Shown in pieces: positions 1 to 7,802 of a stretch of DNA of 34,569 nucleotides. Below the pieces are notes generated by a model, which was given only the letters and a program-made list of their open reading frames with translations, was not told the DNA's origin and made no database searches. Made by a program: the position numbers and the translations under genes. This DNA is from a virus (taxonomy: Duplodnaviria > Caudoviricetes). The stretch's first letter is position 1. Every line of letters starts with the position of its first letter. The DNA lies in the IMG/VR virus record IMGVR_UViG_3300030104_002586, positions 1-34,569 of that record. The stretch is one strand, 5' to 3'.

Positions 1-40
1 GGCGCTTCACACGGAGCGCCTTATGGAACAATCGGTTCCA
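1..40 (+). repeat. Twin-hairpin intergenic element, copy 1 (5' truncated)
   Basis: GGCGCTTC-ACAC-GGAGCGCC TTA TGGAAC-AATCG-GTTCCA. Confidence 0.9.
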
Positions 41-136
41 CACTAAAAAATGAAAGAGAGAACAAAATGGAAACATTTGGAAAAACAATAACACACGAAT
101 CAGTCAGCTTCAGAAATACAAAAGACCGTTGGTCTT
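1..136. repeat. Terminal direct repeat, left copy (circular overlap)
   Basis: 14-136 matches 34447-34569 with one mismatch (A88/G34521); the leading GGCGCTT is also shared but the hairpin loop differs. Confidence 0.95.
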
Positions 137-438
137 GTTTCGGCAACTGGTTCAACACCAAAGACCAAGAAATTGGAAACTACTACAATGAGGACGGCGT
201 ACTTACTTTAGAGAACGTTGCTAACTTCCTTATTGAACACAAAGATATGACTTGCAACGCGGGTTGCAAAGTTCCAATGCTTGCTCAGGGCGAAACTACT
301 TATGAAGTAGAAGTCGCTAGATTCTGGGACGGCGACGGCGGAACAGACGACGTCGAAGTCTTAGGACAAGTTACTATCAAAAGAACAGGAAATATTTGCC
401 TAGCTAAGTTTGACACAAGCCGAGCTGGACAACGCTAG
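67..438 (+). CDS. Hypothetical early protein (123 aa)
   Basis: ATG preceded by purine-rich GAAAGAGAG; flanked by twin-hairpin elements. Confidence 0.8.
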   Translation: METFGKTITHESVSFRNTKDRWSCFGNWFNTKDQEIGNYYNEDGVLTLENVANFLIEHKDMTCNAGCKVPMLAQGETTYEVEVARFWDGDGGTDDVEVLGQVTIKRTGNICLAKFDTSRAGQR

Positions 439-440
439 TA

Positions 441-487
441 GCGTACTGCACTTGCCGAGCGCGAGTGCAGAACGGTGCATAGCACCA
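441..487 (+). repeat. Twin-hairpin element, sequence-divergent copy
   Basis: CTGCACTTGC-CGAGC-GCGAGTGCAG then GGTGC-ATA-GCACC-A; same position and architecture as the other copies, different sequence. Confidence 0.65.
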
Positions 488-521
488 TAAGTAAAAACTA
501 AAAAAGAAAGAGGAAAACAAA

Positions 522-821
522 ATGGCACATTTAATGGCTATTAGACCACTAACAAAAAAAGCAATGGACACAATTGGCGAAAACGGATTTTGCCTAAGTG
601 ATGATACAAATGATTATGCACTTGGAATAATGAAGTTAAAGAAATTGGGACTACACGGCAACGGCAACGTTGTTGGAATTGGTTGTACCGACGGCAAAAG
701 TTGCGGTTGGACTAACGAAGATTTCATTGCTTACGAACAAAGACTAATTGATGAGGGTCTGGACACAGACGGACACTCTCAAAGAACCATTGAGAAATTA
801 CGTAAAGCAATGGCTAGCTAA
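522..821 (+). CDS. Hypothetical early protein (99 aa)
   Basis: ORF with SD GAAAGAGG. Confidence 0.8.
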   Translation: MAHLMAIRPLTKKAMDTIGENGFCLSDDTNDYALGIMKLKKLGLHGNGNVVGIGCTDGKSCGWTNEDFIAYEQRLIDEGLDTDGHSQRTIEKLRKAMAS

Positions 822-824
822 GAA

Positions 825-870
825 GCTTGGGCGCTTTCTAACGAGAGCGCCTTATGGTTTTTAGAAACCA
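825..870 (+). repeat. Twin-hairpin element, copy 2
   Basis: GGGCGCTTTC-TAAC-GAGAGCGCCT TA TGGTTT-TTAG-AAACCA. Confidence 0.9.
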
Positions 871-903
871 AAAGTACAAACTATAAAAGAAAGAGGTACC
901 CAA

Positions 904-1233
904 ATGGGAACTGAATACAAAGACATAACAAGCAAAAGAAATAACGATACAGTTAAAACTATACAGGTCAAGCAATTTGCTGGCGGTAAAGATTTTGACG
1001 GTGTTGGAATACAATTGACAACAAACGCTGAAGAGAACTGGAAGAACAAAGAGCGACCTTGGGAAGCACAATACATACAGTTCAGCCGTCAAGACATACC
1101 AGCAATAGTTAAAGCTTTGCAAAGTTATTATGACAACGAATATCCAACATTGTTGCAAGACAATTATGAGAAATCACATTTCAACGGAACTTGCGAGTGC
1201 AACTGTTCAGAGCGAGATGAGATAGAAAGTTAG
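904..1233 (+). CDS. Hypothetical early protein (109 aa)
   Basis: SD AAGAGGT; C-terminal H/C cluster. Confidence 0.8.
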   Translation: MGTEYKDITSKRNNDTVKTIQVKQFAGGKDFDGVGIQLTTNAEENWKNKERPWEAQYIQFSRQDIPAIVKALQSYYDNEYPTLLQDNYEKSHFNGTCECNCSERDEIES

Positions 1234-1240
1234 AAATAGT

Positions 1241-1489
1241 ATGAACAACAAATACGTAGCAATCGAAGATACGGACGAGTTGATTATAGGCAAATGTTAC
1301 ATTGGACACAGTTCAAGCATTAGCCATATCACATTAACACACGTTGTTGGAAGCAACATTTATCAGTTAAGTAAGCCGATAAGAGTAAGCAACCAGCAAG
1401 TAAAGTTGAGGCAAGAAAATGTTGCAATCGGACTTAACGATAAAGCAACACCTTACCCAAGACAACGCGACCATATCAACAGATTCTAG
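1241..1489 (+). CDS. Hypothetical protein (82 aa)
   Basis: ORF fills the gap up to the next repeat; weak SD. Confidence 0.6.
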   Translation: MNNKYVAIEDTDELIIGKCYIGHSSSISHITLTHVVGSNIYQLSKPIRVSNQQVKLRQENVAIGLNDKATPYPRQRDHINRF

Positions 1490-1492
1490 GAA

Positions 1493-1537
1493 GCTAGGGC
1501 GCTTATTAGCGTAAGCGCCTTATGGTTCTTAGAACCA
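1493..1537 (+). repeat. Twin-hairpin element, copy 3
   Basis: GC TAGGGCGCTTAT-TAGC-GTAAGCGCCTTA TGGTTC-TTA-GAACCA. Confidence 0.9.
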
Positions 1538-1576
1538 ACAGTATAAATAAACTAAAAGAAAGATGAGGTACCACAA

Positions 1577-2530
1577 ATGGTAGCAAATATAGAAACAATG
1601 TTCTCAGCTAAGGAAACCCCTTGGCACAAATTGGGAACGATTACAGACGGCGTCTTAACAAGCGCCGACGCAATAGTAAAAGCTGGACTTGATTGGGAAG
1701 TCAGATTGAAAGACTTGTATTACACAAGTGATACAACTTTTGGCGCTGAACATAAAGCGCCCAGCCACTATGCAACAGTACGAAGTAGCGATGAAAATTG
1801 CTTGGGTGTTGTCGGAAACCGATATACACCAGTACAAAATAGTGAAGCGTTTAACTTTATGGACGCTTTAGTAGATAGCGGGGAAGCTAAATACGAAACC
1901 GCTGGAAGCATAGCTAACGGTAAGATTGTTTGGATTCTTATGAAACTAGATTCTTTAGAGAACAATTCATTTGAACCAGACGTATTTGAACCGTACGTTT
2001 TGCTTTCAAATTCCCACGACGGAAGTAGCGCGCTTAAAGTTACGATGACACCAGTAAGAGTAGTGTGTCAGAACACTTTGCGTATGGCTCTTAAAGGAGC
2101 TTCGCAACAATTTAGTATGCGACATACTTCTGGAATTGCAGGCAAAGTTCAGCAAGCTAGGGAAACCTTAAACTTCGTAGGCAAGTACTACGAATCATTT
2201 CAAAATGAAGTTAATGCTCTTATTGACAAAGAAGTTAATGACAAGCAATTTAACGAAATTGTTGAGATATTATTTCCAAGACCAAGCGACGAGGATATGG
2301 AAAAACCAAGAACCGCAAACAATTACGAAAACATTGTTGGCGACTTGAGAACAAATTGGAATAACGAATTGCATAAAGGAAGTGCTTGGGGCGTTGTCAA
2401 TGCTTTCAACTCATACGAGCTTTGGAATCAAAAGACAAGAACCGACAAATTAGAAAGACAAGCGAAGAACTTTATCAACGACGACCAATACTATACAAGA
2501 CGCGCACACCAGATTGTGCATAGTTTGTAG
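1577..2530 (+). CDS. DUF932/DUF945-family phage/plasmid protein
   Basis: Motifs ETPWHKLG, AGLDWEV, YTPVQNSEAF, YETAGS, NSHDGSSA, PVRVVCQNTL, RHT. Confidence 0.9.
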   Translation: MVANIETMFSAKETPWHKLGTITDGVLTSADAIVKAGLDWEVRLKDLYYTSDTTFGAEHKAPSHYATVRSSDENCLGVVGNRYTPVQNSEAFNFMDALVDSGEAKYETAGSIANGKIVWILMKLDSLENNSFEPDVFEPYVLLSNSHDGSSALKVTMTPVRVVCQNTLRMALKGASQQFSMRHTSGIAGKVQQARETLNFVGKYYESFQNEVNALIDKEVNDKQFNEIVEILFPRPSDEDMEKPRTANNYENIVGDLRTNWNNELHKGSAWGVVNAFNSYELWNQKTRTDKLERQAKNFINDDQYYTRRAHQIVHSL

Positions 2531-2533
2531 AGA

Positions 2534-2578
2534 GCTAGGGCGCTTATTAACGTAAGCGCCTTATGGTCTTTACGACCA
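2534..2578 (+). repeat. Twin-hairpin element, copy 4
   Basis: GC TAGGGCGCTTAT-TAAC-GTAAGCGCCTTA TGGTC-TTTAC-GACCA. Confidence 0.9.
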
Positions 2579-2599
2579 GAAAGATGAGGTAAATAATTT

Positions 2600-2908
2600 A
2601 TGATTGAATTAAATTATTGCGTTTATAAAAACTCAAAAGCTAGGCAAGAACAACACCCTTATAGCGCTATCCAATCGGATATTCACTACATAGGTTCAGT
2701 TGAGCTTGAACAGACTTTGAGTAATCCCGCTGAAGTAATCCAGAACTGGATTAATAGGGAAGTAAAAATATATAACAACAAAAGAACCGAAGCAGAAAAA
2801 AAACAATTTGAATATGTTATTGCTGAAGTTACTGAAGTTGAATTAATTAAAACTGATTCAGACCTAGTTGATATGGGTATTGAATTGGAATTAGGCGAGG
2901 AGGAATAA
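2600..2908 (+). CDS. Hypothetical protein (102 aa, acidic C-terminus)
   Basis: SD GAGGT; TAATG coupling to the next gene. Confidence 0.8.
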   Translation: MIELNYCVYKNSKARQEQHPYSAIQSDIHYIGSVELEQTLSNPAEVIQNWINREVKIYNNKRTEAEKKQFEYVIAEVTEVELIKTDSDLVDMGIELELGEEE

Positions 2909-3312
2909 TGGGATTAGATAATATTGTATTCCAATATTCAAATGAGCAAGACGATGACGGCAACAAGATTTATTTACCAATGGTAGATAAAAAGCTTGCA
3001 CGTCTTTGTAGGCAACTTACAGGCGGGATAGCAACAGAAGATTCTAATTCTTTTAGAGGCAAAGTGTATGCAAAGCTTTTGAAAGAAAAATGTTTTGTTG
3101 ATTTATACAAGAGCGACGAGTGGAAAGACCACGACTACGCTAAAGTAGTAGCCCAAATGTATATTAACGACTATGCCGAGAACGATTACATAAATGAGTT
3201 CGGGCATACAATTACAGTTCGGAACCAGATTAACTTGCGAAAGTTTTTCAGTTATATGCTGGAGCTACGCAACAAGTATGGGGAAGAAGTTCAGTTAGGA
3301 GCGTGGTACTAA
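2908..3312 (+). CDS. Hypothetical phage protein (134 aa)
   Basis: SD GAGGAGG; MGLD N-terminus and aromatic C-terminus as seen in many small phage proteins. Confidence 0.8.
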   Translation: MGLDNIVFQYSNEQDDDGNKIYLPMVDKKLARLCRQLTGGIATEDSNSFRGKVYAKLLKEKCFVDLYKSDEWKDHDYAKVVAQMYINDYAENDYINEFGHTITVRNQINLRKFFSYMLELRNKYGEEVQLGAWY

Positions 3313-3455
3313 TGGCTGGTGGAATACCAAACAGAAGTATATCAAAAGTCCAACAGGGCAAGTACAATAATAAAGTGCAATTCTCTAGTACGGGCATATC
3401 AGCTCGCAACAAAAGACGACTTGCAAAAAAACTAAAGAGAAAGAGGGGAAAGTAG
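3312..3455 (+). CDS. Small basic protein (47 aa), not in ORF track
   Basis: TAATG overlap, SD AGGAG; MAGGIPNRSISKVQQGKYNNKVQFSSTGISARNKRRLAKKLKRKRGK; exactly fills the gap. Confidence 0.65.
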   Translation: MAGGIPNRSISKVQQGKYNNKVQFSSTGISARNKRRLAKKLKRKRGK

Positions 3456-3456
3456 T

Positions 3457-3765
3457 ATGGCTAAATACGAAGACTACCCAACTGTTGTAGATTACGACAC
3501 GGAGCCAGAAGCGTCAGACTTAATTAACGACGTTTTCAAAAGTATCCAAGAAGAAATCCTACAACCAGTAGCAGAAGCAATTAGGAGCAACAACGAACTA
3601 ACACATAGTTCGCCAACTCTTACACAAGTGTTCGGATTAACACACGCAAACGTGGTTAAGGCTTTGAACATTGTAGATGCTTACAAGCAAAACATTAAGG
3701 AAGCTCAAGAGCTTGATAAGAAAGAACAACTTCTTAGAGATAGCTTCGACGAGCCACCTTTCTAA
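3457..3765 (+). CDS. Hypothetical protein (102 aa) ending DSFDEPPF
   Basis: SD GAGGGG; TAATG coupling. Confidence 0.8.
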   Translation: MAKYEDYPTVVDYDTEPEASDLINDVFKSIQEEILQPVAEAIRSNNELTHSSPTLTQVFGLTHANVVKALNIVDAYKQNIKEAQELDKKEQLLRDSFDEPPF

Positions 3766-3947
3766 TGGATATATTAATATTGTTTTGGTTTGCAGAGTTA
3801 ATGTTATGGATAGGAATTATTCTTATGCCTTTTGCATTATTAGAACTTTATATTCTCAACAAAGAGAAAGTAAGTAAAACCGAAATAGAAATATGGACAG
3901 AGCAGTATCAAGCGGACGTTCCAACCGTTTGGACAAAAACCCAATAG
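3765..3947 (+). CDS. Small membrane protein (60 aa)
   Basis: Hydrophobic N-terminal half; coupled start. Confidence 0.65.
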   Translation: MDILILFWFAELMLWIGIILMPFALLELYILNKEKVSKTEIEIWTEQYQADVPTVWTKTQ

Positions 3948-3952
3948 GGCAA

Positions 3953-4043
3953 TCGCTAGACCGAGTGTCTAGCGAGGAAGTTATTAGGGACTTCACGAAA
4001 TCTCCCTGTTACGTACGACCTTAGTAGCTTCCTCGTTAGGCAC
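3953..4043 (+). promoter_or_regulatory. Structured leader: 25-bp G-U-rich stem with a competing 9-bp hairpin
   Basis: 3965-3989 pairs with 4019-4043 (5 G-U, no mismatch); 3953-3961 pairs with 3967-3975. Confidence 0.75.
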
Positions 4044-4071
4044 ACGCTTAACACTAAGAGAAAGAGCAAAA

Positions 4072-4371
4072 ATGAAAACTAGAAATATTGTTGGTTCATT
4101 TCGAGGCGAAGTGATACCAGCTTATATTAAAAACAAAAGCCAGCTTGTTGCTTACGTGCTAGTTAGATACAGGAAAGAAGAGCCAATATCAAATGGCGAA
4201 TTTGTATTTGACTTACGTTGCACAAGATTCGGCGCAATAATACATAACCTACGTCATAATGACGGTTGGGTTATCCAAACAGTACAAAGTAAAGAACAGG
4301 GTAAATTTGTTTTTTACTTAGTATCAAAACCAGACGACGTCGAGGGTAATACAAACCTTAGACTTGTCTAG
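4072..4371 (+). CDS. Winged helix-turn-helix DNA-binding protein
   Basis: ISNGEFVFDLRCTRFGAIIHNLRHNDGWVIQT pattern. Confidence 0.65.
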   Translation: MKTRNIVGSFRGEVIPAYIKNKSQLVAYVLVRYRKEEPISNGEFVFDLRCTRFGAIIHNLRHNDGWVIQTVQSKEQGKFVFYLVSKPDDVEGNTNLRLV

Positions 4372-4867
4372 AAAGCAGGAGCAAATGATAAAGAACGATA
4401 ACATCATAGTCGCTCAATGTTGCTTTAAGGGTGCTATTGACTTAGCCGTAGCCAATAAGATTACGGTTGAAGAAGTCTTTACACTAACGCAACGTTGGAC
4501 AGACGATATTATCAAATCTTACGGCAACGATAGTAAGACTACGGTCGTTAAAAGCGACGGTAAGCCTAGCTTCCAGCCAAAAGATAACTACAAGAAAACT
4601 ACTAATGGAAAGAGTCCAACAGTTAAAAACCCTGACGCACCAGTCAGCGAGAAGCAACTATGGTTACTAAATAAGTTAGTAGGCGAATTACCAGCAGACC
4701 AGCAGAACGGATTTACTGGATTAATTAAAGACAATATGAAAATGGGACTGGCGTCATCTTTGATTGAAGAAATGAAAACAATCATTGACGGACAAAAGCC
4801 AGAAGCAAAACCAATGGAGCAAGTCAAGAAAGATTCTGACGGCGCTCCAACAGAAGCACCATTTTAA
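4364..4867 (+). CDS. Hypothetical protein, possibly recombination/ssDNA-related (start uncertain)
   Basis: PVSEKQLWLL motif, flexible linker, acidic tail ending EAPF; lies upstream of the initiator. Confidence 0.6.
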   Translation: MSRKQEQMIKNDNIIVAQCCFKGAIDLAVANKITVEEVFTLTQRWTDDIIKSYGNDSKTTVVKSDGKPSFQPKDNYKKTTNGKSPTVKNPDAPVSEKQLWLLNKLVGELPADQQNGFTGLIKDNMKMGLASSLIEEMKTIIDGQKPEAKPMEQVKKDSDGAPTEAPF

Positions 4868-4868
4868 T

Positions 4869-5621
4869 ATGGAGGACGGCAATAAGATACAAAGCGATTT
4901 ATATTTCGCCATTGTTCCAGAGTGGATAATTGACGCGCCAATATCCGCTCAAGCCGTCCGCCTTTACGCAACGTTGCACCGATACGCAGACAAAAGCGAC
5001 AAGACTTGTTACCCAGCTATCAACACGGTAGCAAAGCGTATGCAAGTAAGTGCTTCAACAGTGAAAAGAGCTTTAGAAGAATTAAAAGAAATTAAAGCGC
5101 TAACGGTTGAAGCTCGGTACAACAAAGCTACGGGCGAGCAGACCAGCAACTTATATACGTTAATGACTGTACCAGCTTTCACATACGAACCACCCCAGAC
5201 CAAATATGAACTGGAGGGAAGTTCGTCAGAGAGCTACAAACTAAAGTCATATAACCATAGTAAGTTTGCCGAACAATATTCGGCACTTGTAGAAGCTTTT
5301 TACAAGCCAGCTACAAAAACCGAGATTGGCGGATTCAATAAATGCGCAAAGCAATTACACGAAGCGGGAGCGACTTATGATGACATACTTGAGAGAGTTT
5401 TGATTTATAAATCCAAGTGGTCTAATATGACTATTACGCCTTATGCAATTGTTAAGCATTGGTCGGCGTTAGGAATTTTACAAGAGGAGCAAGTACCAAA
5501 AGAATTGCCAATGTGCGATTCAGAAAAACATTTACAAATAATTAAATTCGATGACGGATTCAGTTATTGTGCAAGATGTAGTACAGAATACCCAGAGAAA
5601 AATCCTTATGTACCAAGCTAA
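4869..5621 (+). CDS. Replication initiator-like protein with N-terminal HTH
   Basis: FAIVPEWII...AVRLYATLHRYAD...CYPAINTVAKRMQVSASTVKRALEEL...SNLY; ATG 4869 preferred to 4785, which overlaps the previous gene; C-terminal Cys/His cluster. Confidence 0.8.
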   Translation: MEDGNKIQSDLYFAIVPEWIIDAPISAQAVRLYATLHRYADKSDKTCYPAINTVAKRMQVSASTVKRALEELKEIKALTVEARYNKATGEQTSNLYTLMTVPAFTYEPPQTKYELEGSSSESYKLKSYNHSKFAEQYSALVEAFYKPATKTEIGGFNKCAKQLHEAGATYDDILERVLIYKSKWSNMTITPYAIVKHWSALGILQEEQVPKELPMCDSEKHLQIIKFDDGFSYCARCSTEYPEKNPYVPS

Positions 5622-5721
5622 ATAGAATTGGGGACAACGAGAAATAGAGCCGTAAGAGAACTACGGACGTGGTGCCTTTCCGAAGTATTAACTTCTAGAA
5701 GCTTCGCCATAGTTGAACATC

Positions 5722-6234
5722 TCAATCCCCAAATTCATATCCAAAGTTTTTCAAAACTTCAACACAAACATTTTCAATTTCGTCCAACTCAAAACTAACA
5801 ATGCCCTTAGTAGAACCGTCAGGCATAGACACTTGTATAAATGGTTTAGACATATTACCAAAAGCCCTATGAGAAATATCAGATTGCGTTTTACTTTTGT
5901 AAAAGATTTTAGAAAGTGGTTCAACTTGTTTGCCAGCTTTTACTTCAACCCTAAGACCAGTAGCCCAATTTTCTTCGTGAGCGTCTGCACCGTGAAAACG
6001 ATTATCAGGAATACCAAGCTTCTTACGAGCAAGATTCTGCTTACGCCTACCTTTAGCACGATTACGCCTATTGATACAAGTACGGCACTTACATTTCGTT
6101 TTTACTTCATTTGAATTAGGACATTTACCAGCCATACGCGTATTGGAATTAGGTTGCCCTAGACCAGACCAGCCAGCGTACTTCTTAGCTTTATATTCCG
6201 CGTACGTTTCAGTTCCGTCCCACCCTTTACTCAT
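5722..6234 (-). CDS. Putative PD-(D/E)XK nuclease/resolvase-like protein with Cys cluster
   Basis: CPN...CKCRTC, basic helix, RVEVKAG (E-x-K) motif. Confidence 0.45.
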   Translation of the reverse strand: MSKGWDGTETYAEYKAKKYAGWSGLGQPNSNTRMAGKCPNSNEVKTKCKCRTCINRRNRAKGRRKQNLARKKLGIPDNRFHGADAHEENWATGLRVEVKAGKQVEPLSKIFYKSKTQSDISHRAFGNMSKPFIQVSMPDGSTKGIVSFELDEIENVCVEVLKNFGYEFGD

Positions 6235-7090
6235 TAACTAATTTATTTTCTTGGACTTTTAAGCGTTTCAAATATTCGCTTTCCATAGAATCACAGTCTT
6301 CCATACGAGTACGATAATAACAAACAACAGAAATGCGTTCGCCGTCCTCACTATTTTTAATTAGCTCAGTGTTGCCGTGCCATTGATGAGCGTCAAAAAT
6401 TAATAAATCTTTATGCTCCATTTTAAAAGCAATACGATATTCAGGCAGAACCAAATAGCCACCAGCTATATCGCCCTTTTTAATACAAGCAAGAGTAGAG
6501 ATACCCTCGTCTAAATCGCCTTTGTCAGTATGAACACCAGTAGGGTAAGAGTTATTTACAGTTACCGTAGTAAATGGCGTATTAGGAATTACCCAGTCTT
6601 GATGAGTACGATTTATAAATTCCATTTGCGCATTGTATCTAGCTGGCGCTACCTTTTTCATTTCGTCGCCAATAAACACAAAGAGCGGAAAGAGTTTTTT
6701 ATATTTGTCCATTTCACGCCCACTAAAAGCAGTAAGCCTACAATATTGTTTGGGTCCGTAAGCGTCAAAACTTCCAACAATTGCACTTGATATAGCCTTA
6801 GCGGTCGCTGAACGCGTTTTCCCAGCTTTAATTAACCGTGGCGTACCAGACGCCAGACCTCTATTGTTAGTTTGATAGCCTTTAAGCTCGTGCAGAGTAT
6901 CATAAGTTTTATCAACTATATCGTCTGGGATTACACCTTTTTGAAAGACCGCCATTACTTGACCGTCAAGACCACGAACCGTAGTGTCTTTGTGAATTAA
7001 CAAATTGTAATCTTCGTGCGTCAGTATCTTTCCCTTTTTCTGCTCCAGTTCTTCAGCAGAAATTTTACTTCGCAACCTTATGTCAATCAA
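6227..7090 (-). CDS. TET/JBP-family 2-oxoglutarate/Fe(II) dioxygenase
   Basis: FTTVTVN, HxD (VHTDKGD), GGYLVLPEY, DLLIFDAHQWHGNT, ERISVVCYYR. Confidence 0.9.
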   Translation of the reverse strand: MIDIRLRSKISAEELEQKKGKILTHEDYNLLIHKDTTVRGLDGQVMAVFQKGVIPDDIVDKTYDTLHELKGYQTNNRGLASGTPRLIKAGKTRSATAKAISSAIVGSFDAYGPKQYCRLTAFSGREMDKYKKLFPLFVFIGDEMKKVAPARYNAQMEFINRTHQDWVIPNTPFTTVTVNNSYPTGVHTDKGDLDEGISTLACIKKGDIAGGYLVLPEYRIAFKMEHKDLLIFDAHQWHGNTELIKNSEDGERISVVCYYRTRMEDCDSMESEYLKRLKVQENKLVNE

Positions 7091-7248
7091 CCAGAACCCC
7101 CAACGTCTAGCCAGCCAGCTTTATCCAAAGCTTTGTCAAAATTATCCGCTTTCCAATGCAAAACAATTTCGTCAATTATTTCTCTATATTCCTCTTGAGA
7201 ATATTTACTTATATCTATTTGTTTAATTAATTCAATTAGTGCGTTCAT
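7087..7248 (-). CDS. Small hypothetical protein (53 aa), not in ORF track
   Basis: ATGA overlap with kinase stop and TTGA overlap with TET start; MNALIELIKQIDISKYSQEEYREIIDEIVLHWKADNFDKALDKAGWLDVGGSG. Confidence 0.7.
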   Translation of the reverse strand: MNALIELIKQIDISKYSQEEYREIIDEIVLHWKADNFDKALDKAGWLDVGGSG

Positions 7249-7802
7249 AATCCAATTTTACTAAAATTTTCAGCAATTTCCACAAAGATTTTATCTCTTC
7301 CTTTACCAGTACAATCTATCCTGTAAGCTTCATATTGTTTAGCAAGCTTTTGATGTTTAGTTATTCGAGATTTAACCCAGTCATAATTTTGTTTTTCTAA
7401 ATTATTTTCTTTAGCCCTAGCTTCAGAACGTTCATTACGAACAATTTCGTCAAGTTCCAAGCTTAATAAATGCAAGTCGCCATACCTTTTAGCAACATCA
7501 AAGAACTTACCGTTAGCTAGCCTATCGCCCTCAGCAACAACGCAATTAAACTTACCCAAGCTATCCCAAGCAGAATACAAGCCGTTCATAAACTTAAGCG
7601 CAGTAAAAGAAAGAGTATCAGTACCAGAAAAAACATCTCGCTTCCTACCTAAATAAATATTTAAGTTTTTACCAGAACGATAGACAGTATATCTAATTGG
7701 TTTTGTAAATTGCTCAACAACTTCCCAGCCGTGCATTATTTTTTCCATTTGTGTAGTTTTACCACAAGCTGGAGCGCCAATTATATAAAATGTATTTAAC
7801 AC
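7245..7802 (-). CDS. P-loop nucleotide/DNA-base kinase
   Basis: Walker A GAPACGKTT, FSGTDTLS, VVAEGDRL, lid arginines; resembles kinases of base-modification clusters. Confidence 0.8.
   Translation of the reverse strand: MLNTFYIIGAPACGKTTQMEKIMHGWEVVEQFTKPIRYTVYRSGKNLNIYLGRKRDVFSGTDTLSFTALKFMNGLYSAWDSLGKFNCVVAEGDRLANGKFFDVAKRYGDLHLLSLELDEIVRNERSEARAKENNLEKQNYDWVKSRITKHQKLAKQYEAYRIDCTGKGRDKIFVEIAENFSKIGL

Noticed and set aside
825-870. Twin hairpins as intrinsic terminators
   Set aside because: They are followed by A-rich leaders rather than U-tracts on the + strand; on the - strand the G-T pairs become A-C mismatches
1-2578. CRISPR array or integron attC interpretation of the repeats
   Set aside because: Spacing is gene-sized and irregular, repeat interiors vary, no attC RYYYAAC/GTTRRRY ends are evident, and no cas or integrase gene is present
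838-5203. Minus-strand ORFs in the early arm and the alternative-frame ORF 3677-3877
   Set aside because: They overlap better-supported plus-strand genes that have SD sites and coupled starts
5622-5721. Short hairpins in the convergent gap as a terminator or ribozyme
   Set aside because: Stems are only about 5 bp, with no U-tract and no hammerhead core (CUGANGA/GAAA)
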